DNA of 55,032 nt from a virus. Lineage: Duplodnaviria > Caudoviricetes. This document shows positions 15,546 through 26,200 of the stretch, piece after piece. The stretch covers positions 1-55,032 of the IMG/VR virus record IMGVR_UViG_3300045996_000451; one strand, 5' to 3'. Both the position numbers and the translations under genes were made by a program. Below the pieces are notes generated by a model. It did no database searches and was not told the origin of the DNA. It saw only the letters and a list, made by a program, of their open reading frames with translations. Every line of letters starts with the position of its first letter. Position 1 is the stretch's first letter.

Positions 15546-15574
15546 ACTATAGCAGAATTTTTATCGTGTGATAT
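15546..15574 (-). promoter_or_regulatory. Extended -10 promoter with an operator over its -35 region
   Basis: TGcTATAGT on the minus strand; TTATCGTGTGATAT at 15561..15574. Confidence 0.55.
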
Positions 15575-15602
15575 ATAGTCCGAATGGTTGTTACCTTTTT
15601 CC

Positions 15603-16106
15603 TTAAGGGGTAAGTCCCTGTGCCCACGTCTTCGCACCGTCTAGTTCTATGGTTGAGTTTGAGCCTTCAATAAGGAGTTCCGTAGTCTCTCTTTCGAATC
15701 CTCTTTCCTCTTCAGAATATCGTTCCATCGCTCCAACAAGCTGGGCGAGGTCGTAAGAGGTTTCTTTAGGATTTCCGGGACTTGGGGCGGGGGTGGGCAG
15801 TAAGCTGCGACCGGGACGCTTTTGATTGTTCCGCAACTTGTCAGCGTAAGCAAGCAGACTACCGCGAGCGAGATTAATTTCATGGTCTGAGTCCTTCTTG
15901 TGTTGTTCATATTTCTGGTTCTTCAAACGTCCCTGTAAATCGGCTACTACCCCGACCGCGTTGGTTTCCGCTACGAACGCATCGAACTGGGATTTGGTTA
16001 TGTCAAGCTGCGTCCCCTGGTACCAGTACAAGCCGCTAACGATGGTCAGCAACAAGCAAACCGCCGCTAGTATATAGTGGATCGGATTTAGGCTTATTCC
16101 ACCCAT
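15603..16106 (-). CDS. Rz-like inner-membrane spanin
   Basis: N-terminal TM plus coiled coil; downstream of the endolysin; contains an embedded lipoprotein gene. Confidence 0.8.
   Translation of the reverse strand: MGGISLNPIHYILAAVCLLLTIVSGLYWYQGTQLDITKSQFDAFVAETNAVGVVADLQGRLKNQKYEQHKKDSDHEINLARGSLLAYADKLRNNQKRPGRSLLPTPAPSPGNPKETSYDLAQLVGAMERYSEEERGFERETTELLIEGSNSTIELDGAKTWAQGLTP
15647..15883 (-). CDS. Rz1-like outer-membrane spanin lipoprotein (embedded)
   Basis: MKLISLAVVCLLTLTSC lipobox and Pro-rich CPPPPQVP, in an alternate frame inside Rz. Confidence 0.8.
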   Translation of the reverse strand: MKLISLAVVCLLTLTSCGTIKSVPVAAYCPPPPQVPEILKKPLTTSPSLLERWNDILKRKEDSKERLRNSLLKAQTQP

Positions 16107-16164
16107 ACTACCCCCTTACCTGTTGAATTTAGATCGATTGTAGGGCTTTGTAGTCGCCTGATTT

Positions 16165-16482
16165 TTAAGCGTTTTCACGTGTTACGCCTTCGGCGGTAAT
16201 GACTATCTTGTATGGCTTTTCACCTTCCTTGTGACGCCGTAATACCACTTTCTTGAACCCGAGCGGTACCAACTGGCGTACCATATCCCGCTGGTGCGAC
16301 GGCTTGAAGTCGAAGTCGGTAGCCAGCTTTGCTTCGTATACCCCTGGTTCTGTCTGGTGGAGTAGGAACCCGTTTTCATACGGTGCGAACTCGCCCCATG
16401 TCGTCGGTACATCGTGTAGCCGCACCACCACGGTTAAGAACTCAAGCGTTACTGTTCCCTTAGTCTGCATACTTTCCCTCAC
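16165..16482 (-). CDS. Hypothetical protein in the lysis cassette
   Basis: ORF between endolysin and spanin. Confidence 0.6.
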   Translation of the reverse strand: MRESMQTKGTVTLEFLTVVVRLHDVPTTWGEFAPYENGFLLHQTEPGVYEAKLATDFDFKPSHQRDMVRQLVPLGFKKVVLRRHKEGEKPYKIVITAEGVTRENA

Positions 16483-16948
16483 ATATTGCGCGTTCTTCTG
16501 CGCGGCGTTTAACCAGGCCCGGGTATACCACCCCGCCCGACTTTTTGAATGCGTCGATACGTGCGCATGCTTCTGCGTACCGTTCGCTGTTAATCAGGTC
16601 TATGATGTTAGGGGGCTTACCGGGTTTTGCGGCATTGCAGAACCGGGCTACCCCGACGTTATATGTAAGGGATACATAGGCCGCGAACTCATGCTGGTGG
16701 AGTGGTACCTTCACGCAGTTTCGTACCCCTTGCGCGTAGACGGTATCGACTTCCTTCAGCAACCGCATCAAGGAGCGTTCGGGGGTTGTCTTGTCCCCCA
16801 TCTTTACGCCCGTAGTCGAACCGAACCCGATAGTAGGGACATCGCCCGGGACCGGGATCATAGCCGTACCGACGTACCCTTCATGTAAAGCAATCCCCAC
16901 CAATGTAGAAGCGGCAAGCAGAATTCCTTTTACGGCTTGCCTGTTCAT
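16460..16948 (-). CDS. GH24 lysozyme (endolysin), probably SAR type
   Basis: Weakly hydrophobic N-terminus, then HEG..GDVPTIGFGST, YNVG and GLVKRRAEE. Confidence 0.92.
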   Translation of the reverse strand: MNRQAVKGILLAASTLVGIALHEGYVGTAMIPVPGDVPTIGFGSTTGVKMGDKTTPERSLMRLLKEVDTVYAQGVRNCVKVPLHQHEFAAYVSLTYNVGVARFCNAAKPGKPPNIIDLINSERYAEACARIDAFKKSGGVVYPGLVKRRAEERAICEGKYAD

Positions 16949-17208
16949 ATCCTTGGTAGAAGCGTATCGTCAACCGGCGGCATAACATCCTTCGGCGCGA
17001 TAGTCGGCTGGTCCCATATCCGAGCGAACACGGCGGCACTGCCGCACAGTGCGGCGAGTCCGGCGAACATCCCCGGCGGGGCGCCGAACGCGTAATCGCT
17101 CATGGCCAGGAAGAACGCTTCCATTCCGCCAAGTACCGCCGCTGCGATAGCGAACCGTACGCTCCATGCTTTTTGTAATACTTCTTGCCAGTTCGAGATA
17201 AAGTTCAT
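16945..17208 (-). CDS. Holin-like two-TM protein
   Basis: NW..V...WSVR plus two TM helices, directly upstream of the endolysin. Confidence 0.7.
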   Translation of the reverse strand: MNFISNWQEVLQKAWSVRFAIAAAVLGGMEAFFLAMSDYAFGAPPGMFAGLAALCGSAAVFARIWDQPTIAPKDVMPPVDDTLLPRI

Positions 17209-17483
17209 GCGTCGTCCTTTTCTGTTAGTCTTTTTACGCAATCAAGTTTCAGTAGGAACTCTTCTTTTTTGTCGTCGCTTGACTCATCGCACGGGGGGCG
17301 ACGGTTTACCGCTGCCCTGCGGATTGGTTTGGTTTTCAGTGGTTCGAATAGGGGTGACTCGCGTACCTCTATTTCCTGCAGGGCGATTACGGGCAAGGGA
17401 TCCGGGGCGATGTTGTTGGGTTCCTTGGTACCGACGCCCGAACAGGCGACCAGTAAAATAGCGGATAGGCAATACTTAATCAT
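17205..17483 (-). CDS. Lipoprotein
   Basis: MIKYCLSAILLVAC lipobox. Confidence 0.65.
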   Translation of the reverse strand: MIKYCLSAILLVACSGVGTKEPNNIAPDPLPVIALQEIEVRESPLFEPLKTKPIRRAAVNRRPPCDESSDDKKEEFLLKLDCVKRLTEKDDA

Positions 17484-17764
17484 TTGCGGTGCCTATCCGC
17501 TATATAGTTCAACTTATCAATCGCTTGCTTATGGAACTCGTCTTGACCCCGTTCGAGGTTGGATAACCGCTGGTCGAACGTATCCAGGCGGGCGTCGCGC
17601 TTATCGTCGAGCCGCGCACTCGCGGATTGCTCTTGTTTGATTAATGCCTGGTCTGTATACATTTGGAACGCCGCGCCAGCGATGGCGATGAATGCGGACG
17701 TTAGAACCGGGGTAAACCACTTCGGAAACGCAAACCCTTTGTCTCCATCCTTATCATCGCGCAC
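17480..17764 (-). CDS. Single-TM coiled-coil protein
   Basis: TM helix followed by a heptad-rich segment. Confidence 0.6.
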   Translation of the reverse strand: MRDDKDGDKGFAFPKWFTPVLTSAFIAIAGAAFQMYTDQALIKQEQSASARLDDKRDARLDTFDQRLSNLERGQDEFHKQAIDKLNYIADRHRK

Positions 17765-17779
17765 GCCAGCACCGGACTA

Positions 17780-17962
17780 TTAGCAGGCGAACGGGAGAAC
17801 GGCCGCACCGCCGAAGGCGAGCAAAGCGACCACTACACCCAAGGCTATCCAGCCCGTAGCGGGATGTTTCACCCAGCGGACCAGTAACGAATCCATTTCT
17901 ACGTCTAATTTCTTGTCGAGTTCTTTCACTCGTGCTTTAACTTCGTCCGTGTTAATGTCCAT
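17780..17962 (-). CDS. Small membrane protein
   Basis: GGGGAGG RBS before MDINT; C-terminal TM. Confidence 0.6.
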   Translation of the reverse strand: MDINTDEVKARVKELDKKLDVEMDSLLVRWVKHPATGWIALGVVVALLAFGGAAVLPFAC

Positions 17963-18044
17963 GTGATACCTCCCCTGTCGTTGGTAACGTGTCATGTAAC
18001 CCTCTCTTGTCCGCGCATTTTATCACCGTAAAATTAATATATGT

Positions 18045-19262
18045 TTAGGCGGCGACCGATACCCATTCCGTTTTCTGTTCCGCTTTTGCCTTGTCTACGA
18101 ACACCGGCATACGGAAAGTAATCCGGTACTTCGGGTGCGTAATCCATAGGGCTTGTTGCGGCGGCTCGAAACCGAAGTTGTTGTTATACGCGTACTCGTC
18201 GTACCCTTTTAAAGAGCCGTTGACGATAACGCGGGAGTGGTGGATGTATTGGTGAAAATGTCCTAGGAGCATGGTATCGTAACCCATTCCCACTTGAGCG
18301 TTCCGTGAACGCTTCTTATGATCGCCGCGAATAATAGGACCGAGTGCGCCTATCATCCCGTCGCCGCCCCGGAACTGGTCGCCGTGGGTCATCAGGTAGC
18401 GGTGCCCGAAAATGCGGTAGTAGGCGTCCGGACCGTCGGGTATGAAGAACGTAATGCGCTTGTCGTTCTCGAAATGCTTAGCCAGGAAGGAATAAAGCAA
18501 CCAGTCGAACGACGTAGCGTGGCGGTCCTTGTTCCATATTTTATGGGTGTCGCGCCCGTGGTTCCCGGACACGCAAGGAAGGAACACGCGCCCGAAGTTA
18601 TCGGCCAGCGTATTGATAAGCCATACCAGGATCCCGTACAGTTCCAGCACGGTAGGCATGGTGTTTAATTCGTTGGTGGCGGTTAGCTCGTCATGGATAT
18701 TTCCCGAAATCATGTCGCCGCCGAGCGGACAAACGATACCTGGATAGTCCATCTTCGGGCTGATAATGCGCAGCAATTCGATTGCGGACGCGGCTAGGTT
18801 CTTCACCCGTTCCCGCATAATGCGCATGTTGAAATCATTCACATGATTAATTTGTGAAGGCTGGACGACTTCGCCCGTGTGCCAGTCCGAACAGAAGAGA
18901 GTCGGTACCCCGGGGGAAGCATGCTGGGACGACTCCTGTACCATCCAGTCGGGCGGTACAAGCTTAGTTACCCGGTTGTCCATGCCAATGATATGGGACC
19001 GTATGGCGTTCTCGTCCAGGGCGTTTTCTTGTGCCTTGGTCAATTCCGATTGCAGTAGCTTTATCTGCCGCTTGAGTTCCGCCGGATTGGAATCGCTTAC
19101 AATATTTTTGGATGGGGTAAGCCCCATTCCCTGTGCGTCTCTTACGCGCATCTTCAACGTAGATTGCGCTATACCGCTTTCTGCCGATGCTTTCGAATAG
19201 TTGTTATCGTTCTTCACGTAAAGGTCTAAGCTTTCTTGTGCTAGTGCTTTTGATGTCGGCAT
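18045..19262 (-). CDS. Calcineurin-like metallophosphoesterase with N-terminal HTH
   Basis: SDWH, GGDMISG, SGNHGR, THGD, GHFH. Confidence 0.85.
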   Translation of the reverse strand: MPTSKALAQESLDLYVKNDNNYSKASAESGIAQSTLKMRVRDAQGMGLTPSKNIVSDSNPAELKRQIKLLQSELTKAQENALDENAIRSHIIGMDNRVTKLVPPDWMVQESSQHASPGVPTLFCSDWHTGEVVQPSQINHVNDFNMRIMRERVKNLAASAIELLRIISPKMDYPGIVCPLGGDMISGNIHDELTATNELNTMPTVLELYGILVWLINTLADNFGRVFLPCVSGNHGRDTHKIWNKDRHATSFDWLLYSFLAKHFENDKRITFFIPDGPDAYYRIFGHRYLMTHGDQFRGGDGMIGALGPIIRGDHKKRSRNAQVGMGYDTMLLGHFHQYIHHSRVIVNGSLKGYDEYAYNNNFGFEPPQQALWITHPKYRITFRMPVFVDKAKAEQKTEWVSVAA

Positions 19263-19270
19263 TTACTACC

Positions 19271-20095
19271 TCACTCGTCTATGTAACTCGGCCACTGTCC
19301 TTGGTACTGGAATAGATCGCCCGTGCAATTCTGTAACCCCGGCCAAAAGCCGGCGTCTTCTATGTATGGGGTATTTTCTTGTATGATCCCCTTATCGCGT
19401 GCCAGGTACAGTTCAATGGCGTACGAGTTGTAGTTCAGGTACGACTGGTAGTAAACGCCCTGCGCGGCGACCGCACCGACACAGCGTACCGGAGCGGGCA
19501 CCGCTTTCCGGGTACCGTGATACATGACAATGTGCGCCACGTCGTAATATGTTTTGCCGCACCCCGCGCCCCATGTCCCGTCAGTACAACGGCCATACGG
19601 CGGCGTGTAGCTTTCCAGGTGTTCGACCAGTCCTACTTTACTGTATGCGTCATGCCCGGAATCAGTAACCGACGCGCCCGGGGTGTTCTGGCGGAACACA
19701 TCCATTTCGGCAATCGTGGCCAGCTTCGACAAGCCGCCGCCCGGGGACCACACCAGCCCGTAGTTAACGCCCGAGTTCTTGTACCCGAGCATGGTGTTAG
19801 GCTGGCACGGTACGGAACTGGGCATCCAATCGCCGGTTTCCTTTATGCTGCCATCGTCCCCGAAGAAAAGAACGGCGTATGTCTCCGTACACCAGGCTTC
19901 CGCTTTCCAGTATTGCTTACGCCACATGTATGTGTGTCCGGCTTGGTTCAGATTCATGTAACCGTAATAGAGCGAATCGACCGGCGTAGGCGCCGGTTGG
20001 AAAGTGTATTTGGCATAGCTGTTGCCGCTTGCCTTCCTGTATTCAATGACTTGGGTTTGCTGCGGGAAATATTGCTGAAGGTCTACTGAGTCCAT
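19271..20095 (-). CDS. Hypothetical protein (Tyr/Gly/Trp/Cys-rich)
   Basis: 274-aa ORF downstream of its own promoter. Confidence 0.7.
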   Translation of the reverse strand: MDSVDLQQYFPQQTQVIEYRKASGNSYAKYTFQPAPTPVDSLYYGYMNLNQAGHTYMWRKQYWKAEAWCTETYAVLFFGDDGSIKETGDWMPSSVPCQPNTMLGYKNSGVNYGLVWSPGGGLSKLATIAEMDVFRQNTPGASVTDSGHDAYSKVGLVEHLESYTPPYGRCTDGTWGAGCGKTYYDVAHIVMYHGTRKAVPAPVRCVGAVAAQGVYYQSYLNYNSYAIELYLARDKGIIQENTPYIEDAGFWPGLQNCTGDLFQYQGQWPSYIDE

Positions 20096-20145
20096 TTAAT
20101 GTCCGCGTGATTTGTTCTTGTAAAGTGTTACCGTAACGCACGCGA

Positions 20146-20174
20146 ACTATATGCGGGAATCATTAATATATCAA
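20146..20174 (-). promoter_or_regulatory. Leftward promoter, TTGATATAT family
   Basis: TTGATA-17-TATAGT. Confidence 0.7.
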
Positions 20175-20183
20175 GGGCAAAAG

Positions 20184-20213
20184 AAAAGCCGCACAGTGTT
20201 TATCTGTGCGGCT
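20184..20213 (-). terminator. Rho-independent terminator after the giant gene
   Basis: AAGCCGCACAG..CTGTGCGGCTT with a T-tract on the minus strand. Confidence 0.75.
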
Positions 20214-20291
20214 TATAATAGGGGGTAATGTTAGGTATTCCCCCTCCCCCACCTAACCCGAACCACGACCGGGTTTTCAATCGGAAAGGCG

Positions 20292-23200
20292 TTACTTCTT
20301 AGGCGGTCCCGCGACGAGTGCCGGGAGTATCCCCATGCCGTCTACCTTCCCTTCCTCTATCGCCATGATACCTTCGACTGTTGCGTTGATCTGTCCCGCG
20401 GGGTAGTGGAGTAGCGCGCCGCCTACCTGGTTCGCTGCTTTGAAAAATGCCATATCCGCGTCGCCCTGGTTCGCCTGTTGACCCAATTTATAAAGGTCGG
20501 CGAAGAACCGCAAGCCCGCCGGACCCTGGTACCCGAACCCCTGTCCCCCGGCCGCGACATCGATAGCCACGCCCATTTCGCGCAATAGCACCATTTGCCC
20601 GAACAGGAAGCCGAGTTGTTCGTGTCCCAGTTTCTTGGTAAGGCATTCCAGGTCTTCCCCGCATTCACCCTTCAACAGTTCCTTAAGTGCCACCGAGAAC
20701 AGAACGGGTACCGAGTTCAGTAGCACCAGGTCGGTAGCCAGCATCGCCACCTGTGAAGGCGACTTGAAACTGGTGCGGCGTACCGCTTCGACGTTCAGGT
20801 TATACGTCGCGGAAAAGTAGCTATAGAAATTGGTGAAAATCTTCTGTAGCGGGGATCCCCTTTGCACCTTGGCTAAGTCCTTCAGTTGCCCGCCGGATTG
20901 CGCATCGAGTACCGACTGGTCGGCAAGTGCGGCCGCCTGTTCTTCGATTGCCTTGCGCTCGTCCGCGCTCCCCGCGTTCTGTAGGTTCAATTGATCGGTC
21001 GCTTTCTCGTACGCACCCAGCCACGTAGGAATGTCCACAGTGCGCTGCATCTTGCCGATAAGGGTAAAGTAGCTCGCCTTGAACGCGCTAACCTTGTCGC
21101 CCGCCCGGATGGTATTCAGCACTTCGTTTATTTCCCGTTGCATGGTGCGGCCACGGTCGGTCATCAGCTTGGACTTGCTGTTCACGAATTCCCCGCTGGC
21201 AAGGGGCGACTTCATGAACTGGGCAACCCCGCGCGCCATGTACTTACCGCCGACTCGTACCCAGCTTTGAGCAAGTCCGGACGGTTGCAGTAATGCGGTC
21301 GTTACCCGCCAGCCCATACCCACCACCGTGGACCCGACCCGCAAACGGTTGATAGCGGTTTCCGTTCCGTTCTTCGCCGGCGCGTCGCCCGCCGCGATGT
21401 CCACCACGGTATCGCGCAGGGTGCGCAGGATTTCGGCGCCGTAGTGTTGGCGTATAGGGTTGTCGAGTGCTTTCAGTAACCGGTTCGAATCGATAAGCCA
21501 TTCTTGCCACGCTAGCCGGTGCGTCACTTCACTGACATGCTGGGCGATGGCGTTGTAACTCAACAAAATAGGCCGGTTCATTACCGCGTCCGCCCGAGCT
21601 TTGGTGAACCCGTTGCGCGTGGCCGAAGCGTTGAAGGCGCCCTTCATGCCCATGCGTAGGTCGGTCGCCGCTTCGAAGGATTCCGAACGGCTGGACAGTT
21701 CCGCGTCGTACTTGACCGGGAAGTACCCGCCCTTGTACGTGCCGTACTTCGTCTTGATTGGTGCCGGTTCGATCCATTCCGGTTCCACTCCGGTAAGCCG
21801 CCGCTCGAGTGCGGCTACCTGCGGTTTGAATTCGGCGATATAGTCCCATACCCCCTGGACGAAATTCCATTCCGCTTCCGTCAAGGTGTCGAGTACCGCT
21901 TCCGCTTGTTGAATGGATAGCGCGCGGTTGCCGGTAATCCCGCCGTCCATTAGCCGTTGGCGGTTGCCTTCATTGCCCCAGTTCATCGCGAACATAATCC
22001 GCTGTTCGTGAGTCATGGAAAGATTGGTACCGGGTACCATGCGCTTTTTGGCGTACAGGTTTCCGGTGACGGGGTTCGTGGTTATCTGCTTGAACAGTTT
22101 CGCTAGGGCTTCGGTAGCCGCGGCTTTCATTTGCGTTTCGTTGTCCCCGGCTTCGTTCATGGGCTTCAGGAAGAAGTTGAACATGAACCCGTTGTCCTTG
22201 CCCCCGTCCATTTCCCGCATGATGGAAGAGAACTTCCGGTGGTCGGCGGTCATCTGGCGCCACCATTTGCCCGCTATGCCTATGGCGTCGGTCGGGGTTG
22301 CCCGTTCCTCTACTGTCCGGTTCGCGTTCGCTTCGATGGCGTCCAGCCCTTCCAACACGATGGCATCGAACTCGCGCTGGTCCTTGGCGAGAAGTAGTTT
22401 TTTCTTCAGGCGTCCCAGGTGTTCGATTTGCTTTATCGAATCCGCGAACCCGCGCAATTCTTCGACCGTCATATTTTTGTATGACTTGAGTTTCGCCGCG
22501 TCCAGTAAGGCGGGGTCGATTGCCGGTTCGAAACCCATTGCTTCTTGTTGGCTTACCCAGTCTGCAAGGCTTTGCCGCTTGTCTATCTGGCTAAGGGTCT
22601 GCCCCTTGCGGAAATCGAACGGGCGCAACAGGTCGTCAATCTGTTCCATGTAGTCGATGTCCAACGCCTTGCGGGTGCCTTCCGTCTGGAACTTGGCGAC
22701 GTACCGGAGAATCTTTTCCACTTCCTTGGAAGCTTCCGCCGCTGCCTTGGCTAACCTGTTATTCAGTAACGCTGCCCGCTGTGCGGATACCGCCGCTTTG
22801 GGATCCTTCGCCGCGAGTTTCAAGGCTTCCTTGTTGGCTTTCGTTTCCGCGCGCTCGTATTGCGCGGGGCGCAAGTCGCGAACCTTCCGGCTGGCGATTG
22901 CGTTTTCCGCTGCGGCTTTCGCTGCCCGGTTTATTTGCGTCGCGGGAATCGGGGACTTGGCTAGAATCTTCAAGCCCGTGGCCATGAACTTGGCTCGTGC
23001 TTCGTTGTGTATCGCGGCTTCGGCTGCCCGTTCGATATCCTCTTCACTGGACAGTTCGCCGTGGCGTTCCAGCATGCGCTGGTCGGTCGTGCCTTCTATC
23101 TTGTCTTTTGCCGATTCCGAGTTCGCGAGGTCGAGTATCAACGACTCGCCGCTGGGGTACCCGAACATTTGCGCGGCGAGGTCCGGGCTTAGACCGTCCT

Positions 23201-26200
23201 TAGCCGTCATGCCGCGTAGCTTGGCACGGTCGAGGGTTACGGTACCCCCGGCGGGGAACAGTTCGTCCAAGGCCGCTGTGTCGAGTTTAAACCCGGCTTT
23301 GCTGCCCCTTGAAATTTCTGAAAGTGCCGCCGCTTCTTCTGGCTTTAATTCAAAGTTGAAAGTGAAACCCTGCTTAACCCCTTGGTCTTCGTAGTCCGGA
23401 TTGTTTACCCGCGGGTCGTTCTCCGGTAGGTCGGTATAGAACAATGGGAGGTCGGCGCGGTAGTCGGAAGCATAAGTACGGTCGGTGCTAACCCATCGCC
23501 CGTCGGTTCCGTTCCCGGCTGAACCACTATGGTAGACCCGCACCATTCCGGGAACTAGCGGCGGTTCTGTCTGCATGCCGGGTAGTTCCCCGGTCTTCAG
23601 GAACGTGCGCGCTACTTCGATAGGTTCGGCCATGACTTCGCGGCGTACTTCCTCTTCGACCGCTTTACGTTTCGCTTTAGCTTCGTTCTGCAATTCTTTG
23701 ATTACGCGTTCCTTCGCGTTACTCAACCACTTCATATCCCGAAGGCTACGGGCGGATAGGTCATCGATAGCTTGTTCGGTGGCTTGCTCGCCCAAGTCGA
23801 TATATTCCTGGAACTGCTTAGGTGTTACCCCTGCGTCTTCCGCCGTTTCGAATAACGGGGCGTATCCCCGCACCGCTTCCGTAGCCTTGATGGATTCTCC
23901 AGCGGCGATGAGGCGAGCGAAGATACCCCGCACTTCGTCGTTCAGTTTCCCGGCTAAAGGATTCTGTTTAAGAAACGCTTCTAACGACTTGTATACGTTC
24001 AACATCCACGCACGGAAACGCGCGAACACAGGTTGCAGTTCGGTGGTCGGGGCTTTCCCTTCCAGCATGTACCGTTCAAAGGATTGCGCCCACTGTTCAT
24101 GGTAGGGGCGTTTCTGGTCGAGGGACATGGACGCCCATACTTCTTCCGGGGTACGCCCGGGCGGAAGGTCGCCGGGGGTTCCCGGGTCGCCGCCTTGGTT
24201 CAGTATGTTGTTCTTGCTGGTATTGAACTTGCCTTTGTTACCCAACGCGCTTTTTACTTGCGTTTCTTCGAAAGGGATATAGACCGGTGCAACAACCCCG
24301 CCGCCTTTATTTTTCCCGGACCAATCGACAATGCCGTCGTAACCCAGTGATTTAAGAACCTCTGTTACCTTATCGGGTATGCTCGTCCATACATGGGATT
24401 CCTTGCCGTTCGCGTTATTGAACTCTTCCACCCAGTCGCGCATGGTGCGGTTGTTCTTGTCCCACGCGTCGGCGCCGCCTAACTTTGCCTTGCTCCGGTC
24501 GCGCTTTGCCGCGGCGTTCAACGCTTCGCCCACGCTCGCCGGAATATCGCTCGTGACTAGCGGGCTACGCATCGCGATATAGTTTTTATAGACGAACGGG
24601 AAAGATGAATGGGGCGAGTCGTACGTTACGTCCTTCATGGGCATGCCCGCTTCTTTCAGTACGCGCATGAACAGTTCTTCATTGTTAAACAGTGTTCCGC
24701 TGCTTAACCAGTCTTCCACCAACGCCCTTAGAGGATTGCCGCGACGGTCGTAATACGTGCGGGTCTGTTGGACGTTGTAGTCATAACTGCCGTTACCGGA
24801 AGTGTTGCCGTCTTCCGATATGACATTTTCCGCGTCATCGTCTAGACGAAGCGTAGGGGCAATCTCCGCTATGCGCGCCTTTGTTTCGGAATCCAGCGAG
24901 TACCACGCGCGGGCAATATCTACCGGGTTACGCGAACCGGGAACCTTAACCTTGAACCAGTTGGAGTAATCCTGGTCTTCGTTTGCAAGGCTGGTATCCA
25001 TCTTCCCGCTTGCGTAATTGGACGCAAGAGCGGGGCTACTGGTGTGGTACGCCATAGGGCCGCTGGTGGCGCGTTTTTTCAGGAACTTATCGCCTACGCG
25101 GTCGGGGCGTCCGGTGCCGTGGAAGGCTTCGACAACAATCTTTTCGCCCGTCTTGAACTGGTGGGTTTCAGCTTGCGCCGAAGTAACCAGCGGGGCGTTG
25201 TTACTCCACACCCGGAAATTCTCGTTCAGCGGCGACTGCCCCAAGTCCCCGCCCCGGGTACCGCCGTCTGTGTTCTCGTTCCCGGTTATGCCGAACCATT
25301 CCAGCGTCTTGCGGAAGTCGTCCTTTATCTGTTGCGGGGCTTCCGGTCGGCTTGCCAGGTCTGCCAGGGCTTCAAGGTAGAAGTGCGCGCCTTCGTGCAA
25401 GGTGGATGAAAGGTCGGCGCCCTTCAGTAGCGAAATGGTGAACGTGTCGGGGTTGTACCCGGCGCGGTTTTCCTGGTTCAGAAGAGTATCGCCCGCGAAC
25501 TGTCCATTATTACCAATGGCTGATTTAATCTGATCGGGGCTGAAGGCTATCACTTCGTAGAAGTCCGCACTTTCAGGGTCCGCGTATTCGTTCGGCACTA
25601 TTACCCCGTCGTGTCCCGCGGCTAGCAGTTCTTCGGTTATTGCTTTCGTTTCTTCCGCATTGGTCGCCGCTACCCGACCTTTAGGCCAGTAGTAAGGATT
25701 TTTCAGGGATACGTAAACGGGCATTACGTTGGCCCCGCCGGACTCCGCAAACTTATCTTTTTTGGATTCGTAGGTGGCGTACCCGCTGGCCGCATGCGTG
25801 TCCGCCGTAAGGTATATCCCCTTGCCGTACCATCCGGAATCTTTCTGTCCGAATTTCTTTAAGTCGAACTTATCGAAAGTCTTATCGGTCCCGTGGAATA
25901 GCCTTAGGGGGTTTCCTTCCGCGTCCACTACCTTGGAATCCCCGAACCACGCTTTGAACTCCGGGGTTTCTGTTTGCGGTATCATGGGCGACTGCGCCAA
26001 TTCCCGCATCGCGTCCAGCTTTTCGCCGTTGCGCTCAAGCAATGCCACCTTGTCGATGGTAGGCTGATCCCATAGCACGTAGTTGTATGTGCCCTTCCCG
26101 TCCGCGCGCGAGCCGCCGTCCAGGTAGCGGTTTCCGACTATGCCGATAGACGCAAGGTATTCGGAAGCTGCTTTATCATGCCTATTCACTTCTGAAGGTG

